Shown: in pieces, positions 9,931 through 20,143 of the stretch
How the letters are laid out: every line of letters starts with the position of its first letter
Position numbering within the stretch: position 1 is the stretch's first letter
Source of the DNA: Bdellovibrionales bacterium
GTDB taxonomy: Bacteria; Bdellovibrionota; Bdellovibrionia; Bdellovibrionales; JAGQZY01
DNA length: 64,000 nt
Assembly (NCBI GenBank): GCA_031426555.1
Contig: JANPLN010000024.1
Span: 1 to 64,000 of the forward strand
Direction: 5' to 3'
Notes under the pieces: model-generated
What the model saw: the letters and a program-made list of their open reading frames with translations, nothing else
Told to the model about the DNA's origin: nothing
Databases searched by the model: none
Translations under genes and position numbers: made by a program

Positions 9931-10370
9931 ATGGTCTCCAAGTGAGATAAAAACTCGTCGACGTCGTTGAAGGTTTGGTGAACGCTCGCAAAACGAATCG
10001 AAGCCACTTTATCGAGGAGTTTTAACTCTTGAAGCACCATAATTCCGATCTGCTTAGATGTCACTTCATCCGTGCGCAACTGTTCGGCCCAGTAAACCAC
10101 TTTTTTAACAATTTCTTGCAACTGCTCCGAGGTGACTGGTCTTTTTAAACACGAAGCTTTCAGGCCCTTCAGGATTTTGCCTTGCGAGAAGGTTTCGCGC
10201 TGACCGTTCTTCTTTATTACGAAGGGCAATGAGACCATGATGCTTTCGAGGGTCGAAAATCGCCATTGGCACTTTTCGCACTCGCGACGTCGCCGTGTCC
10301 CCGATAGATCTTTTGTGGATCGGGTTTCGATGACTTTTGTATCTGAGGAGTTGCAGTTAGGACATTTCAT
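9927..10370 (-). CDS. nrdR: Transcriptional repressor NrdR
   Basis: Zinc ribbon MKCPNC...RRRRECEKC..RFSTLE, ATP-cone, IRFASV. Confidence 0.95.
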   Translation of the reverse strand: MKCPNCNSSDTKVIETRSTKDLSGTRRRRECEKCQWRFSTLESIMVSLPFVIKKNGQRETFSQGKILKGLKASCLKRPVTSEQLQEIVKKVVYWAEQLRTDEVTSKQIGIMVLQELKLLDKVASIRFASVHQTFNDVDEFLSHLETM

Positions 10371-10428
10371 ATTTATGCTTAATAGTGAAGAATTTGCATG
10401 GAAGTTTAGCTGCGGTCAAGACCTGGGA

Positions 10429-11055
10429 GTGTTTTTGCTTTTACTCAAAATATTATTTATTTTGACTCTCTCAGGAGCCGTGGTGGACGAAGAGAAATAC
10501 GGCCCCGACTCGCCTCCTCCCGAAACTGGCTGGAAATCGGCGCTTAAATTTTTCTCCAAAGATGCAAATCAAACAACCGCTTCGCGCTCCACCGCCTCGG
10601 ATTCTGACGCAATCTACGATCAGTATTTATCGCTTGACAACACTGTCATTCTTAACAGCGAAGCGTCCTCTTCTGTAGAGCCAAAAGGTCGCTTTGGATT
10701 GCATCTGGGCTATGTGTGGGACCACGCCAGCTGGATCTCTCAAGGCATGTATTTGCAGTACTCCGATATGAACCCCGATCGCCGGTACTCATTACTCACC
10801 GGCCTGATATTTCCCGGTATTGAGACCGCGTTTCCGTTGTTCCTGAAGGCCACAGCGGGGCTCGGCTACTTTGTTGGCGATTTTAGAAACGACACTCTCA
10901 CCGTGGACTATGCGGCCTCTGTGGGTCTCCGCGTATTTTCGCAAAATCGTTTTATTTTTCAGATGGAGTTTGGTTCCCAAAACTACCATCGTCTGTTAGA
11001 GAAGAGCTATGCAAATAGTTGGGTGCTTTCTTCGGGCCTAGCATTTATTTTTTAG
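10429..11055 (+). CDS. Hypothetical exported protein, probable small outer-membrane beta-barrel
   Basis: Likely GTG start after GGGA. Hydrophobic N-terminus, alternating beta-strand pattern, ends SGLAFIF. The ORF-track start at 10237 overlaps nrdR. Confidence 0.6.
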   Translation: MFLLLLKILFILTLSGAVVDEEKYGPDSPPPETGWKSALKFFSKDANQTTASRSTASDSDAIYDQYLSLDNTVILNSEASSSVEPKGRFGLHLGYVWDHASWISQGMYLQYSDMNPDRRYSLLTGLIFPGIETAFPLFLKATAGLGYFVGDFRNDTLTVDYAASVGLRVFSQNRFIFQMEFGSQNYHRLLEKSYANSWVLSSGLAFIF

Positions 11056-11064
11056 AGGCTTTTT

Positions 11065-12264
11065 TTGAAATATTTTAAACATCTGTTCGATAGCGCCGCG
11101 CTTGCCTTGGAAGATATCTTTTTTAAAGATCGTCTGGCCGATAAAGTCATTGAATTCGCTTTTAAGGACCATAAAAAATGGGGCAAACGCGATCGACATT
11201 TTTTTGCCGAGAACGTCTACGGCTGTGTGCGCTGGTGGAATCAGCTCATTTATTTGACGAACGCTGAGGATTTAAAACCCTCAGGACAATGTCATCGCGC
11301 TTTGGGTGCGCATTTGCTGCTCAACCAGCACCCTCTTCCCGAATGGTATGCTAACATGATCGACCCGGTGGAATTTCAACAGCGAAAAGAGGCGCTGACG
11401 GACCCTCATCTTGTGCATGCCATACCAAAGTGGCTAGAGGCCCTGGGCGAGACGGAGCTTGGGGAGCGATGGTCTCCCACCATGCAAGAGCTCAACAAAA
11501 CCGCCAAAGTGATTCTTCGTTGCAACACCGAAAAGATCTCCCGCGAAGAGTTACAAATTTCACTGAATCAGGAGGGCATTCAGACCCGCCGTCTCGATGA
11601 CACCCTTTTTCCGGAGGCCTTAGAACTTGTAGAGCGAGCGAATGTGTTTCGCACAAAATCTTTTGAGCAGGGCTTTTTCGAAGTTCAAGACGCCTCAAGC
11701 CAGCGCGTGGCCGAGATGCTAAACCCGCAACCCGGAGAGCGAATCATCGACGCCTGCGCCGGAGCTGGTGGAAAGAGTTTGCACTTGGCAGCGCGCATGA
11801 AAAACAAAGGCAAGATCATCTCCATGGATATTTTTGAGCGGAAGTTAGTGGAACTTAAAAAACGCGCGCGCCGTTCAGGCACGTCGCTCATCGAACCTCG
11901 CTGGATCGAAAACACGAAAACAATTAAGCGCTTGGAAAAGTCAGCAGACGCTTTGCTTTTAGACGTGCCATGCTCGGGGCTAGGTGTTCTCAAACGCAAT
12001 CCCGACAGCAAATGGAAACTATCGCCAGAAAAAATCGAAAATCTGCGAAACACCCAGCAGGAAATTCTGCAAAACTACACCCGCATGGTCAAACCCGGCG
12101 GCCGCTGCGTATACGCCACCTGCAGCGTGCTGCCGTCGGAAAACCAACAACAGGTCGAAGTTTTTCTCAAAAACACCCCCGGCTGGAAGCAAGTCCGCGA
12201 AGAAATCATTCTCCCGCAGACGCATGGTTACGATGGGTTTTACATTGCGTTGTTGCAGAATTGA
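11065..12264 (+). CDS. RsmB/NOP family RNA (cytosine-5) methyltransferase
   Basis: FEVQDASSQ, DACAGAGGKS, DVPCSGLG, YATCS, DGFY motifs. Confidence 0.92.
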   Translation: MKYFKHLFDSAALALEDIFFKDRLADKVIEFAFKDHKKWGKRDRHFFAENVYGCVRWWNQLIYLTNAEDLKPSGQCHRALGAHLLLNQHPLPEWYANMIDPVEFQQRKEALTDPHLVHAIPKWLEALGETELGERWSPTMQELNKTAKVILRCNTEKISREELQISLNQEGIQTRRLDDTLFPEALELVERANVFRTKSFEQGFFEVQDASSQRVAEMLNPQPGERIIDACAGAGGKSLHLAARMKNKGKIISMDIFERKLVELKKRARRSGTSLIEPRWIENTKTIKRLEKSADALLLDVPCSGLGVLKRNPDSKWKLSPEKIENLRNTQQEILQNYTRMVKPGGRCVYATCSVLPSENQQQVEVFLKNTPGWKQVREEIILPQTHGYDGFYIALLQN

Positions 12265-12394
12265 TAACGGAGCATTTTATTTCCAACAACTTACTTTAAT
12301 CTCGCTGACTTCACAAACACCACTGCGTATGCGTTACATTCAGCCACGCGCTGGCCTAGTAATGCCCATCTTAGCATCTACAAATGCAATAGGT

Positions 12395-13408
12395 TCAATC
12401 ACTCACTGGCCAAGTCCCACCGTTTTTATTTTCTACAAAGATACCTAATTTGTTTTCGTATTTCATCCTATTATGAGGGCCGCACAAAACTTGCAGATTC
12501 TGCGAATCATGCGTCCCTCCCAAGCTCCAACTGTGAATATGATCGATCTGTAAAAATCTTCGGCTCGTGCACTGATTGCCATGCCGATCTATGTGACAAC
12601 ATATAGCCTTGGGATGTAAAAAAGCTTTGCGAATGGCCGCAGGAATCGCAGGGCGTTTTACGCGGGTTTTGTGTGAACTCTGGTGTGCCTGTTCATTTTT
12701 TGTGGTTAACGAATCCGATGTTACTGCCGCTACGACAGTGGAAGAGTTCAAGCAAGGCTCCTTCGGTAACTTCTGTTTTAGAACTTTGCGCAAGCCAGTT
12801 CGACGAGCTATCTCTCTTTTTGCCAAATGAGTCAAAGTCTCAGCCCAATCTTTGGTAACCGCAGCGTGGGAAACCATATTCTGCGCCTGCTCAAGGATTT
12901 GCATCTGTTCCTTAGTAAAGGTGACAGTAAGAGTTACAGATTCATCGCGATGAAAGGTTTCTTTTTGGGCTGGAACCACAGGCAAATCCAACTCGACGAC
13001 AAGGGTCTGCTCGGTTCGCTTCTGGGTGGTGTTCTCGATTTGTAAAACAATGTCCCGTTTCTTGACGGTGCTCAAAATTTCGCATTTTGCCTTCTTGAAT
13101 TCCCGCGAAGCTCGCTGAATTTGATTCGCCTGGGACAAAGTGAGAGTGCCGTCTTCGAATTTAACCGCCGTCTCTGGCAGCTCCCGCAGAAGTCGAGCAG
13201 CATCGATCCGGCGCATGGCCGCTCCAGGACTGTACCCAAAATCTTTGACCAAGTAGTCAAACAAACTCGTGTGGCTAGGTAAATACAGCTTCCTTCGATC
13301 AATCTCGGCGATACATTCCAACACGTGCGCAGTGATCTTTCGTTCGCTGCGAACAAAGTTTTCAAAACAAGAGATAAGTTCGTGGCTAGGTAAACAGTTG
13401 ATATTCAT
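12395..13408 (-). CDS. HNH endonuclease with DUF222-like helical N-terminal domain
   Basis: C-terminal C..C...LQIDHIHSWSLGGTHDSQNLQVLCGPHN HNH motif. ATG at 13408 is preceded by GGAGG. Confidence 0.85.
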   Translation of the reverse strand: MNINCLPSHELISCFENFVRSERKITAHVLECIAEIDRRKLYLPSHTSLFDYLVKDFGYSPGAAMRRIDAARLLRELPETAVKFEDGTLTLSQANQIQRASREFKKAKCEILSTVKKRDIVLQIENTTQKRTEQTLVVELDLPVVPAQKETFHRDESVTLTVTFTKEQMQILEQAQNMVSHAAVTKDWAETLTHLAKREIARRTGLRKVLKQKLPKEPCLNSSTVVAAVTSDSLTTKNEQAHQSSHKTRVKRPAIPAAIRKAFLHPKAICCHIDRHGNQCTSRRFLQIDHIHSWSLGGTHDSQNLQVLCGPHNRMKYENKLGIFVENKNGGTWPVSD

Positions 13409-13815
13409 AGTTCCTCCAAAATAAATTCTAAACAAAACTTTAATTTCTAGATAAAATTAACATGGGTTTTAAAATTTGATTTTTAAGAAAAAGACGATTC
13501 GGACATTTTGAATTTTTTTGGTGTATAATGAATCCACACGCGCAAAGAAAGCGCTGAGAATTGATTTTACGCAAAGCCCATGTAGCTGTACACAGTATCA
13601 GCTAAGCCCCCTTATTGAAGAACTTCGCGCTCGAAAAACTCAGTCAAATTTTATTTAAAATATTTTACCGGATTGACGCTGAGCCAAGAATTTTTCTTGT
13701 TCATCAGAACGACTTTTATTCGCGAGCCCTCGAATAATCAGTTCACTGTCGTAACGGCAGTGGAATTTTCGCCACTTTATAGACAATCAGAGATGAGGTT
13801 TGTATTATATTTTCG

Positions 13816-14178
13816 ATGGCTCTAAAAACTAATGCCACCTTCGCGGCGTTTTTTGGATTATTGATTTTTCACGAAATCGTGAGTGGTGCCCCTCTGCGAG
13901 TCCGCATTTGTGAGTGGATGGTTCTTGTGGTTGCCTTTCTCATCCCTGCACTTCTAACGCACAATCGCCCTACGACTCAAAAAGTGTGGATTTTTATTTT
14001 ATTTTTCAGTTTAGGATTCATGGTGCAATTTGTTGGCGTTTCGCTTGTGGTTTTCAAATTTGAACTCCAATGGAATGCATTATTTATGGCCCCGGTGCTC
14101 TTTATCTGTTTCGGTCTACTGCAATGCTTGAACCAAGCTTTCCTGCTTTTCGTAAAAAGTCTGCCCGCTAAAAGTTAG
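13816..14178 (+). CDS. Hypothetical membrane protein (about 4 TM segments)
   Basis: 120-aa highly hydrophobic ORF. Confidence 0.55.
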   Translation: MALKTNATFAAFFGLLIFHEIVSGAPLRVRICEWMVLVVAFLIPALLTHNRPTTQKVWIFILFFSLGFMVQFVGVSLVVFKFELQWNALFMAPVLFICFGLLQCLNQAFLLFVKSLPAKS

Positions 14179-14312
14179 AACTTATCATTCGCCTTTGTGT
14201 AAGCAGAGCGTTTATAGGCACTATGCTACACCGCAAAACATCGGGCCTCCGATTATCTATTGCAATTCGATTCAGGCTCATCTACAGAACCCCACAACAC
14301 AACGGGGGTAAT

Positions 14313-14714
14313 ATGAAATCTTTAAATGTTTTAGTCTTTCTTCTTTTCGCACAAACCTCATTCGCCAAGGTCATTGAAGTTACCGTGCCTGATGAAGGAG
14401 TGTCTTACGATAAGGTCAGTGTTAATTTTGACGGCTCAGTCACCGTCATGAATCCAAAAGTTTATGCAGCTGGAGAATACCTTCCGTTTGTTAACGCGAC
14501 ATACGGCTACACTCATACAAGCAGTATTGCGTGCGCACTGTTTGGTTTTTCAGGCAAAGACACCAGTCTCACAGAGAGACCAGCCGGTGAGTTTGAAACC
14601 AGTGCAGCCCGATTGGGATACACTGCGGAAAATGGAATATTTTTGAGTGAGGTCATCTTTCCATTGAACGGCAATACCGTTGTGAATTCAATCACCTGTA
14701 AAAAGTTACAGTAG
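14313..14714 (+). CDS. Hypothetical secreted protein
   Basis: MKSLNVLVFLLFAQTSFA signal peptide after a GGGGG RBS-like sequence; two Cys. Confidence 0.7.
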   Translation: MKSLNVLVFLLFAQTSFAKVIEVTVPDEGVSYDKVSVNFDGSVTVMNPKVYAAGEYLPFVNATYGYTHTSSIACALFGFSGKDTSLTERPAGEFETSAARLGYTAENGIFLSEVIFPLNGNTVVNSITCKKLQ

Positions 14715-14751
14715 AACTCCCGCATAGGGGAACGTCCAGCTTGCCGGACCC

Positions 14752-15696
14752 CTACTTATTCTGCGACTGCACATACTGCGTGAGCGCTTTGTAAAAAACC
14801 TCGGTCATGCGCTTGGCGTTTTCGTCGAGCAAAGTTTCGCGGAAGTAGTAGTACACATTCATCTGATAGGAAAAATCCGAAACCGGCACCGCATTGAGGC
14901 GGCCCGTGCGCACGTGCTTGCGAATACTATGCGCTGGTAAAAATCCCCAGCCCAAACCCGACTCGAGAACACGCTTCAGCGTTCCCACATTCACCGTTTC
15001 AAAAACAGTTTGCAAGCTCACGCCCTCTTTTTCCAGAGCTTTGGCCAATACTTTTTCAAAGTTAGGAAATCGCTCCATAATTTTAACAAACGGTTTCAAA
15101 GCCAAATCTTGCACTTCGATGTCTTCTGGCAACTGCGCATCTTTCCCAGAACCGATGAGCCACATTTCATCTTGCAGTAAAAGTTTTTTCTGTGCGTTCT
15201 TAGGCTCTCGTCCGTACTCCACTTGAGCATCGGGCAAAATCATAATATCCAATTCACCTTTTTCATAACTTTGAATCAACTCTTGTCCGTTCGCATACGT
15301 CAGTTGCACGGCGAGTTTTGAATTGTGCTTTAGAAATAAACCGATGATGGGGCTGATCACATAAAGACCCAAAGAATTTAATGTCCCAATGCGAAATGTG
15401 CCTTCCACTTCGATGTTCATGGTTTGAATGGCCAATTGCGCCTGCTGGCTCAATGCTAAAATGCGTTTAGCGTAATCGTACAGAATCTGCCCTTGGGCCG
15501 TGGGCTTGGCCTGGCGCGAGCCTCTTTGCAGCAGCTCCACTTCGAGCTCGTCTTCTAAATTGCGGATCTGCTGACTGACAGCAGGTTGCGTTAAGTATAA
15601 TTTTTCAGCAGCTGCAGTCATGCTGCCTTCGGAAATGACTGTGCAAAAGGTGGTGAGGTGTTGAAAATTCACGTGTTCTCCCTTGTATAGAGCCAA
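14752..15696 (-). CDS. LysR-family transcriptional regulator
   Basis: HTH GSMTAAAEKLYLTQPAVSQQIRNLEDEL followed by a substrate-binding domain. Confidence 0.95.
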   Translation of the reverse strand: MALYKGEHVNFQHLTTFCTVISEGSMTAAAEKLYLTQPAVSQQIRNLEDELEVELLQRGSRQAKPTAQGQILYDYAKRILALSQQAQLAIQTMNIEVEGTFRIGTLNSLGLYVISPIIGLFLKHNSKLAVQLTYANGQELIQSYEKGELDIMILPDAQVEYGREPKNAQKKLLLQDEMWLIGSGKDAQLPEDIEVQDLALKPFVKIMERFPNFEKVLAKALEKEGVSLQTVFETVNVGTLKRVLESGLGWGFLPAHSIRKHVRTGRLNAVPVSDFSYQMNVYYYFRETLLDENAKRMTEVFYKALTQYVQSQNK

Positions 15697-15810
15697 CTGG
15701 CAGGTTCACATGCCAAGTATAAGTTTATCTTATAGCAAATGAAATATCTTTTTGATGGACTCCACAAAACAGCTCCGATAGGTTCAGCCAACTTCGAAGT
15801 GGAGTTGTGA

Positions 15811-17538
15811 TTGGGGGGCCAATTGACACGAATTCTGGGGTTTCTATTACTTTTTGTCATATTAGCGCGATGCAGCAGTGAGCATAACAGTTATGTTCGC
15901 AGAGCGCCCGCAACAACAGATGAGCTCGGATTCATCGTCACCGCGCAAAACAGCGAGCTGCAAAAAATCCAGCAAGACTTTCCGAAAGCTGAAATTCGCG
16001 CATTGAGTCCGCAACGAAATCTTTTCGAAATTAGCCACGTTGCAAAACAATCCTTAGAAAGCTATCTAGAAAATAAACAGATGAGCGCCAACGTTTTTAT
16101 GAAAGAGCACTCGGCATCATCGCGCTGGAATACCGACTCGTCATGGGTTGGTAAAGCCAGCGAAAGCAAAGAAGAGGTGATGGCCGCCATTTCAATTTGC
16201 AGAAACACGCAGCAAAATCCCTCCATTGGCGTCTCATCTTCTTTCAATCCGTTCACTCTCACCGTTGAACTCGGTGAGAAAGTGGAAATCAAAGCGGTTG
16301 GCCGAGCCAACGCTAAAGTCGGCGGCGACGTGAGACTGATATGGGATATGCTTCCTCCCAATCTCTCCGAACAAAAACTGAGCAGCAATTTTGCAACGGA
16401 ACAAAGTTTCATCCCCGACAGTTCGGGTATGTACCAAGTGGCTATCATTGCCCAGGGCAAGGATCTTTCCTGCAAACTTCAGATTGTGAATTTTTTGGTA
16501 ACAGCAAACCCCGAGGTGAATAGCCAGGCCTCATTTGGCGAAGCTCCCGACAAGAGTGTTTTTGATCACCTAGAAACCATTCAAGCTCCGCAAACATGGG
16601 CCTTGTCGCAAGGTGCGGGCGTGACAGTTGCTGTGCTCGATACAGGCATTAACTACAATCACCCAGGTCTAAGAGACAATCTGCGTTTTAAAGAGAGCGA
16701 TCTGAACGACGGCGAAGATAACGATAAAAACGGTTTCGCCGACGATCATTTAGGCTGGGATTTTATCAATGGCGATCGCTTTGCTTTTGACGACGGCGGG
16801 CATGGTTCCCACGTTGCGGGACTTGTGGCATCTCCCTTTTCGGGTGCCGCGCCACAAACCAAAGTTCTTCCAGTTAAAATTTTAGATGCTGGTGGACGCA
16901 CCGATCTTGGAACTTTTGTGGCTGGAATTTACTACGCCGTGGACAGTGGCGCTCAAGTGATCAACGCGTCCTTAGGCTTCGACACTCCAAAAGGTGCATC
17001 ACCTTTTGAGCTGGCAGTGATGACGCCGCCCGAGCTCAAAGCCGCTATCGAATACGCCGGAAGTAAAAACGTGCTTTTTGTTTCTGCTGCCGGCAATGGC
17101 GATGCAAAAACCGGAGTGGGATTTGATATTCAACAGCGACCGTCTTACCCCGCATCCATCAACGCCGCCAATCAGATCTCTGTGGCTGCCACCTCCCTCG
17201 GAGTCCTCACAAGTTATTCTAATTTTAATAGTGCCCTCGTGCACGTGGCTGCTCCTGGTGGCGATCAAAATCGCTTTGTAACTTCGATTGCCAAAGAAAA
17301 TCCTCTGGGAGTCGCGTTTGTTGCACAGGCGGGCACTTCCATGGCGGCACCTTTGGTTTCAGGAGTGGCGGCATTGATGATGAGTGTGCGATCTGATTTA
17401 ACTCCTCAGGATATCAAAGCCATCCTCATTGCGACCGGCGATGAACTTGCGTCGCTAAAAAACAAAACAGCCAATGGAAAAGGCATCAACGCGCTTCAAG
17501 CTACGCAGGCGGCCCTAGACTTTAAGCTAGCTCACTAG
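15811..17538 (+). CDS. Subtilisin-like S8 serine peptidase, probable lipoprotein
   Basis: Catalytic triad motifs VAVLDTG, GHGSHVAG, GTSMAAP; lipobox-like LARC. Confidence 0.92.
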   Translation: MGGQLTRILGFLLLFVILARCSSEHNSYVRRAPATTDELGFIVTAQNSELQKIQQDFPKAEIRALSPQRNLFEISHVAKQSLESYLENKQMSANVFMKEHSASSRWNTDSSWVGKASESKEEVMAAISICRNTQQNPSIGVSSSFNPFTLTVELGEKVEIKAVGRANAKVGGDVRLIWDMLPPNLSEQKLSSNFATEQSFIPDSSGMYQVAIIAQGKDLSCKLQIVNFLVTANPEVNSQASFGEAPDKSVFDHLETIQAPQTWALSQGAGVTVAVLDTGINYNHPGLRDNLRFKESDLNDGEDNDKNGFADDHLGWDFINGDRFAFDDGGHGSHVAGLVASPFSGAAPQTKVLPVKILDAGGRTDLGTFVAGIYYAVDSGAQVINASLGFDTPKGASPFELAVMTPPELKAAIEYAGSKNVLFVSAAGNGDAKTGVGFDIQQRPSYPASINAANQISVAATSLGVLTSYSNFNSALVHVAAPGGDQNRFVTSIAKENPLGVAFVAQAGTSMAAPLVSGVAALMMSVRSDLTPQDIKAILIATGDELASLKNKTANGKGINALQATQAALDFKLAH

Positions 17539-17595
17539 CTGCTTTAATTTCCACACTCAGGTCTCTAAGGTTAAGATAAATTACTTGGAGACCAT

Positions 17596-18306
17596 ATGAC
17601 CAAATACGCTTTTTTTGTTTTCGTTTCGGCCATTGCATTTTCGGCGCAGGCAAAACTATTTTCCAACTCCTACGTCAGCTTTCAGCTCCCCCCCAATTGG
17701 GAATGCAAAGTAGCCGGAACCGAGTGGGTGTGTCGCAGTTCGAATGCGGAGCAAGCGCGCCAGGCCATCATCGTACTCACGGCAAAAGAGGTTGGACCCA
17801 ATGATAACTTTGCTTACTACAATCAGTACTTAAAAACTCCAAAGACACCGAAGCATCGCGACGGTACAGTGGCTACACAATCCAAAGTGCAACATTTAAA
17901 TACGATTCAGATTGGCAATCACCCCTGGGTGGATGGCTTGCACCTAGGAAGTTTGCTGCCTAATTTTTACTCGCGCTACCTTGTGACAGTTAAAAATAAA
18001 ATCGCCGTGCTCATCACCTTTAGCGCGAAAAAAGAATTTTACACGCAATACAGTAAAAACTTCTTCGATGCCATCAACAGCCTGAAGGTCACTGCACAAG
18101 CAGGTGCCGGTGGAGACTCCCTTCGCAAAGCCGGTGATGAGTTTATTGGCGCCGTTCCTGATCACATGGACGACGGTTGGGCTAACGATGAAACTACCGC
18201 AAGCAGTGGCTCCTCATCAAGTGGCGGCAATGTTTGGATCTACGGCCTCGCTCTGCTTTTAGCTGCAGCAGGTGTTTTCTTCATGCTCAAGCGCCGTAAA
18301 AAGTAG
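17596..18306 (+). CDS. Exported protein with C-terminal Ser/Gly linker, TM helix and basic tail
   Basis: Signal peptide; C-terminus SSGSSSSGGNVWIYGLALLLAAAGVFFMLKRRKK; GGAG RBS. Confidence 0.8.
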   Translation: MTKYAFFVFVSAIAFSAQAKLFSNSYVSFQLPPNWECKVAGTEWVCRSSNAEQARQAIIVLTAKEVGPNDNFAYYNQYLKTPKTPKHRDGTVATQSKVQHLNTIQIGNHPWVDGLHLGSLLPNFYSRYLVTVKNKIAVLITFSAKKEFYTQYSKNFFDAINSLKVTAQAGAGGDSLRKAGDEFIGAVPDHMDDGWANDETTASSGSSSSGGNVWIYGLALLLAAAGVFFMLKRRKK

Positions 18307-18371
18307 CTACCTGTGTAGGCTTTTCCTACACGGGATCCTCACTTGACGGTAACAGCGTCTTTGTAGTTCTG

Positions 18372-19490
18372 TTGTTTTCAATGACACATTGGACTTTCTC
18401 TAAACAGCTGATAGCGCTGGCTTTTTTTATCTTTGTAACAGCCACAGCTGTCCCCACTTTGGCGGACGCATCTCGCTGTCAGTTGCTGTTTCGTACGGCC
18501 ACCAATCAGCGATCGTGGCCACAAATCGATAAATTAGTCTTTATGACTTACAATGTGTCGAACATCTACGGCCTCCGCGGAAAATTTCGGCGAATCTCGG
18601 CCACAGACTTTGTACCCATCTACGAAAAACCAGCAACGCCAAAACCCGACGAGCAGATTCAGGCGCTGCGGAAAACATTAAACGAAGTGAATCCCGACAT
18701 CGCCGTCTTAACTGAGGTGGAGAGTTTAGCTGCGCTCAGGACACTTTCTGCCGAAGTCGCCTCTCCTTATAGAAGTTTTCTTGTTGAAGGTAATGATTCG
18801 CGGGGAATTGACATCGGATTTATGATTAAGTCGGATCTGCCCATAAAAGGTGAAGTTATTTCGCACAAAGATCGCCAATGGAAGGACCCTGTGACACGCA
18901 GAAGGACTCCTCTGTTTTCGCGGGACTTACCGGTTTTACTTTTGCGCAAAGACAACGAGACAAAACCATTTCTTATGGTTTTTGGCATGCACGCCATTTC
19001 CATGCGCGGCCGTCCTGGAGATTTTCAATCCACTCGTTTGCGAACGGCGCAGTTTGATGGCGCTTTAAATATCATTTCTGAATTTCGCGAAAAATTTGGC
19101 GCTGATATTCCGGTTGTTCTAGCTGGAGATTTTAACACTAGCGTGATGTTTGCTCCCGAATTTCAGGCCATTCGAGAAACCTTAGCCAGCGCTTTTGATT
19201 TGGCGCAAAAGACCATACCCCGAGCGGCACGGGTCACTCATACCTTTCACGAAGATTATATCGACCCCGCCGACGGTTCCCCTCGAGAACGAACTTCCAT
19301 GGATCAGCTGGACGATATCCGATTGCTCGGTATTTCGAATGAGTCAGTTCTCTCGGCTTATGTCCACCGCTACAAAGATGCCAAAGGATTCACAATTTCC
19401 TTCGCCGTGAGTAGCGAGTTACGCCACCAGCAGAACTCTGATCATTTACCAGTTGTGGTGGAAATATCGCGAGAAGCTTTTGATAGATAG
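18372..19490 (+). CDS. Endonuclease/exonuclease/phosphatase (EEP) family protein, exported
   Basis: MTYNV, DIAVLTEVE, GNDSRGID, LAGDFN, QLDDI, SDHLPV motifs. Confidence 0.88.
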   Translation: MFSMTHWTFSKQLIALAFFIFVTATAVPTLADASRCQLLFRTATNQRSWPQIDKLVFMTYNVSNIYGLRGKFRRISATDFVPIYEKPATPKPDEQIQALRKTLNEVNPDIAVLTEVESLAALRTLSAEVASPYRSFLVEGNDSRGIDIGFMIKSDLPIKGEVISHKDRQWKDPVTRRRTPLFSRDLPVLLLRKDNETKPFLMVFGMHAISMRGRPGDFQSTRLRTAQFDGALNIISEFREKFGADIPVVLAGDFNTSVMFAPEFQAIRETLASAFDLAQKTIPRAARVTHTFHEDYIDPADGSPRERTSMDQLDDIRLLGISNESVLSAYVHRYKDAKGFTISFAVSSELRHQQNSDHLPVVVEISREAFDR

Positions 19491-19503
19491 TCAGCTTGGG
19501 TGC

Positions 19504-19971
19504 TTATTCAACAAAGAATTTTGTAAAATACACGCCGCGAATCATGCTGTTTTTTAAATGTTGATTGATGGCGGTGGCGATTTCGTCTTTCAAAGAAAGT
19601 TTGCCCTGAACCGTGGCAATATCTGCGTGTTCGTGCTTGGATAAAATCGTCACAACAGCATCCCTTACAACTGCCGAACTACTTTTGACTTCCAAAAAAC
19701 TGCTCTCATCATTGAGTTCAATATTTACTTCGACTAAAACTTTTTTATCTTCTTCTTCGTTCGAAAGATTCACCGTAAAAGGATCTAAGGTATAGATAAT
19801 AGGTTTGTCGTCAAAGATCTTGTTATGCACTAAATATTCTTCGGTGCTCATTTCAGGCTTTGCAGGTTTCTGAACAAGTGGTTCGTTCATCGTTATGTAA
19901 ATCATAACGGATCCGCCAATAGTGGCGAGTAAATTAAGACCTATGAGAGCGAATAACAGAAGCTTTTTCAT
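19504..19971 (-). CDS. fliL: Flagellar basal body-associated protein FliL
   Basis: N-terminal TM, LDPFTVNL, VRDAVVTILS, GKLSLKDEI, VYFTKFFVE. Confidence 0.88.
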   Translation of the reverse strand: MKKLLLFALIGLNLLATIGGSVMIYITMNEPLVQKPAKPEMSTEEYLVHNKIFDDKPIIYTLDPFTVNLSNEEEDKKVLVEVNIELNDESSFLEVKSSSAVVRDAVVTILSKHEHADIATVQGKLSLKDEIATAINQHLKNSMIRGVYFTKFFVE

Positions 19972-19980
19972 ACAAGACTT

Positions 19981-19988
19981 TTATCGGT
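19981..19988 (-). promoter_or_regulatory. Putative sigma-28 (FliA) -10 element ACCGATAA upstream of fliL
   Basis: 7/8 match to GCCGATAA, 9 nt upstream of a flagellar gene start; the -35 element is weak. Confidence 0.45.
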
Positions 19989-20143
19989 TTTATTGGTCTA
20001 GACTCAAGCCAAGCTCTGCAAAAGGATTAAATATAGCGATTACTGTCTCAAGCTGACACACGACCTGGACTTTTTGGCTAAAAAAATGACGAAAGAATTC
20101 CTTACTTGGGCTCTACAAACTCGTGCACAGATTGCGGCCCGTA

